A stretch of 64,000 nucleotides of DNA from Euglena gracilis (lineage: Eukaryota). The first letter of the stretch is position 1. Every line of letters starts with the position of its first letter. The notes beneath the pieces were generated by a model. That model was not told where the DNA came from. It saw only the letters and a list, made by a program, of their open reading frames with translations, and did no database searches. The translations under genes and the position numbers were made by a program. Of this stretch, positions 63,600-64,000 are shown one piece after another. The stretch covers positions 32,775,455 to 32,839,454 of the forward strand of contig CP154954.1 in assembly GCA_039621445.1 (NCBI GenBank). The letters run 5' to 3'.

Positions 63600-64000
63600 C
63601 TTGTGCAAAATTTGTCGAAACACATGTGATAGCAACGATTCCAGAGCCGAGGAACGCAAACAAACTTTGCGGCTGTCTGTGAACGTCCAGACAACGAAGC
63701 AGCCCGGTCAGGGGTGATATCAGCGTTGTCCGCTGGCGGGGAGTTCTGCGACGAATTCTTGAGAAAGTCTCTGCCACCCTGCAGTGAGCAATGGGCAGCA
63801 ATAATGGGGGGTGCGGGGGGGGGGGGAGGCGCAGTCCCCCCCCCCGGTTGCCCTAGGCCACCGGACCCCCCATTGGTGCCGTAGGCCTTGATAATGTCTG
63901 TCTGGGCTCCAGTTTTTCACAAAAAAAAGCTCAAAAATTTCAGGTTTTTGTGTTAGTGGTTTTTAGGGGGAGGGGGTGAAAAAAAATGCAAAGTCAAAAA

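Overview
Eukaryotic nuclear DNA, not prokaryotic. It is probably from a euglenid; this is inferred from an intron with euglenid non-conventional geometry lying next to ordinary GT-AG introns. Three intron-rich host genes can be pieced together by eye: the 3' part of a Misato/MSTO1-like gene (+, 139-4784), part of a PPR-repeat gene (-, ~35960-37957) and a PIH1-domain gene (-, 44866-63599+) with an intronic tRNA-Gly(GCC). Between the convergent Misato and PPR genes lies a ~28-kb nest of decayed transposons. It contains three DIRS-type tyrosine-recombinase retrotransposons (RT-RNaseH-Dam-like MTase-YR, with ITR and ICR); one is integrated in the ITR of another and carries a clean 878-bp inversion. 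It also contains a chromodomain Ty3/Gypsy element, a 1.33-kb mini-LTR element with a self-priming-type PBS, a Tc1-like TA element and a tandem insert with a 20-bp TSD. The Gypsy element unexpectedly carries a Dam-like adenine-methyltransferase domain before RT and a long Cys-rich extra ORF region after integrase. Introns are packed with CA(G/T)...(C/A)TG MITEs with 8-bp TSDs. One such MITE sits in the middle of a coding exon of the otherwise intact PIH1 gene and looks like a newborn non-GT-AG intron. All protein family calls come from motif recognition by eye, not database searches. Some frameshifts in homopolymers could be sequencing errors.
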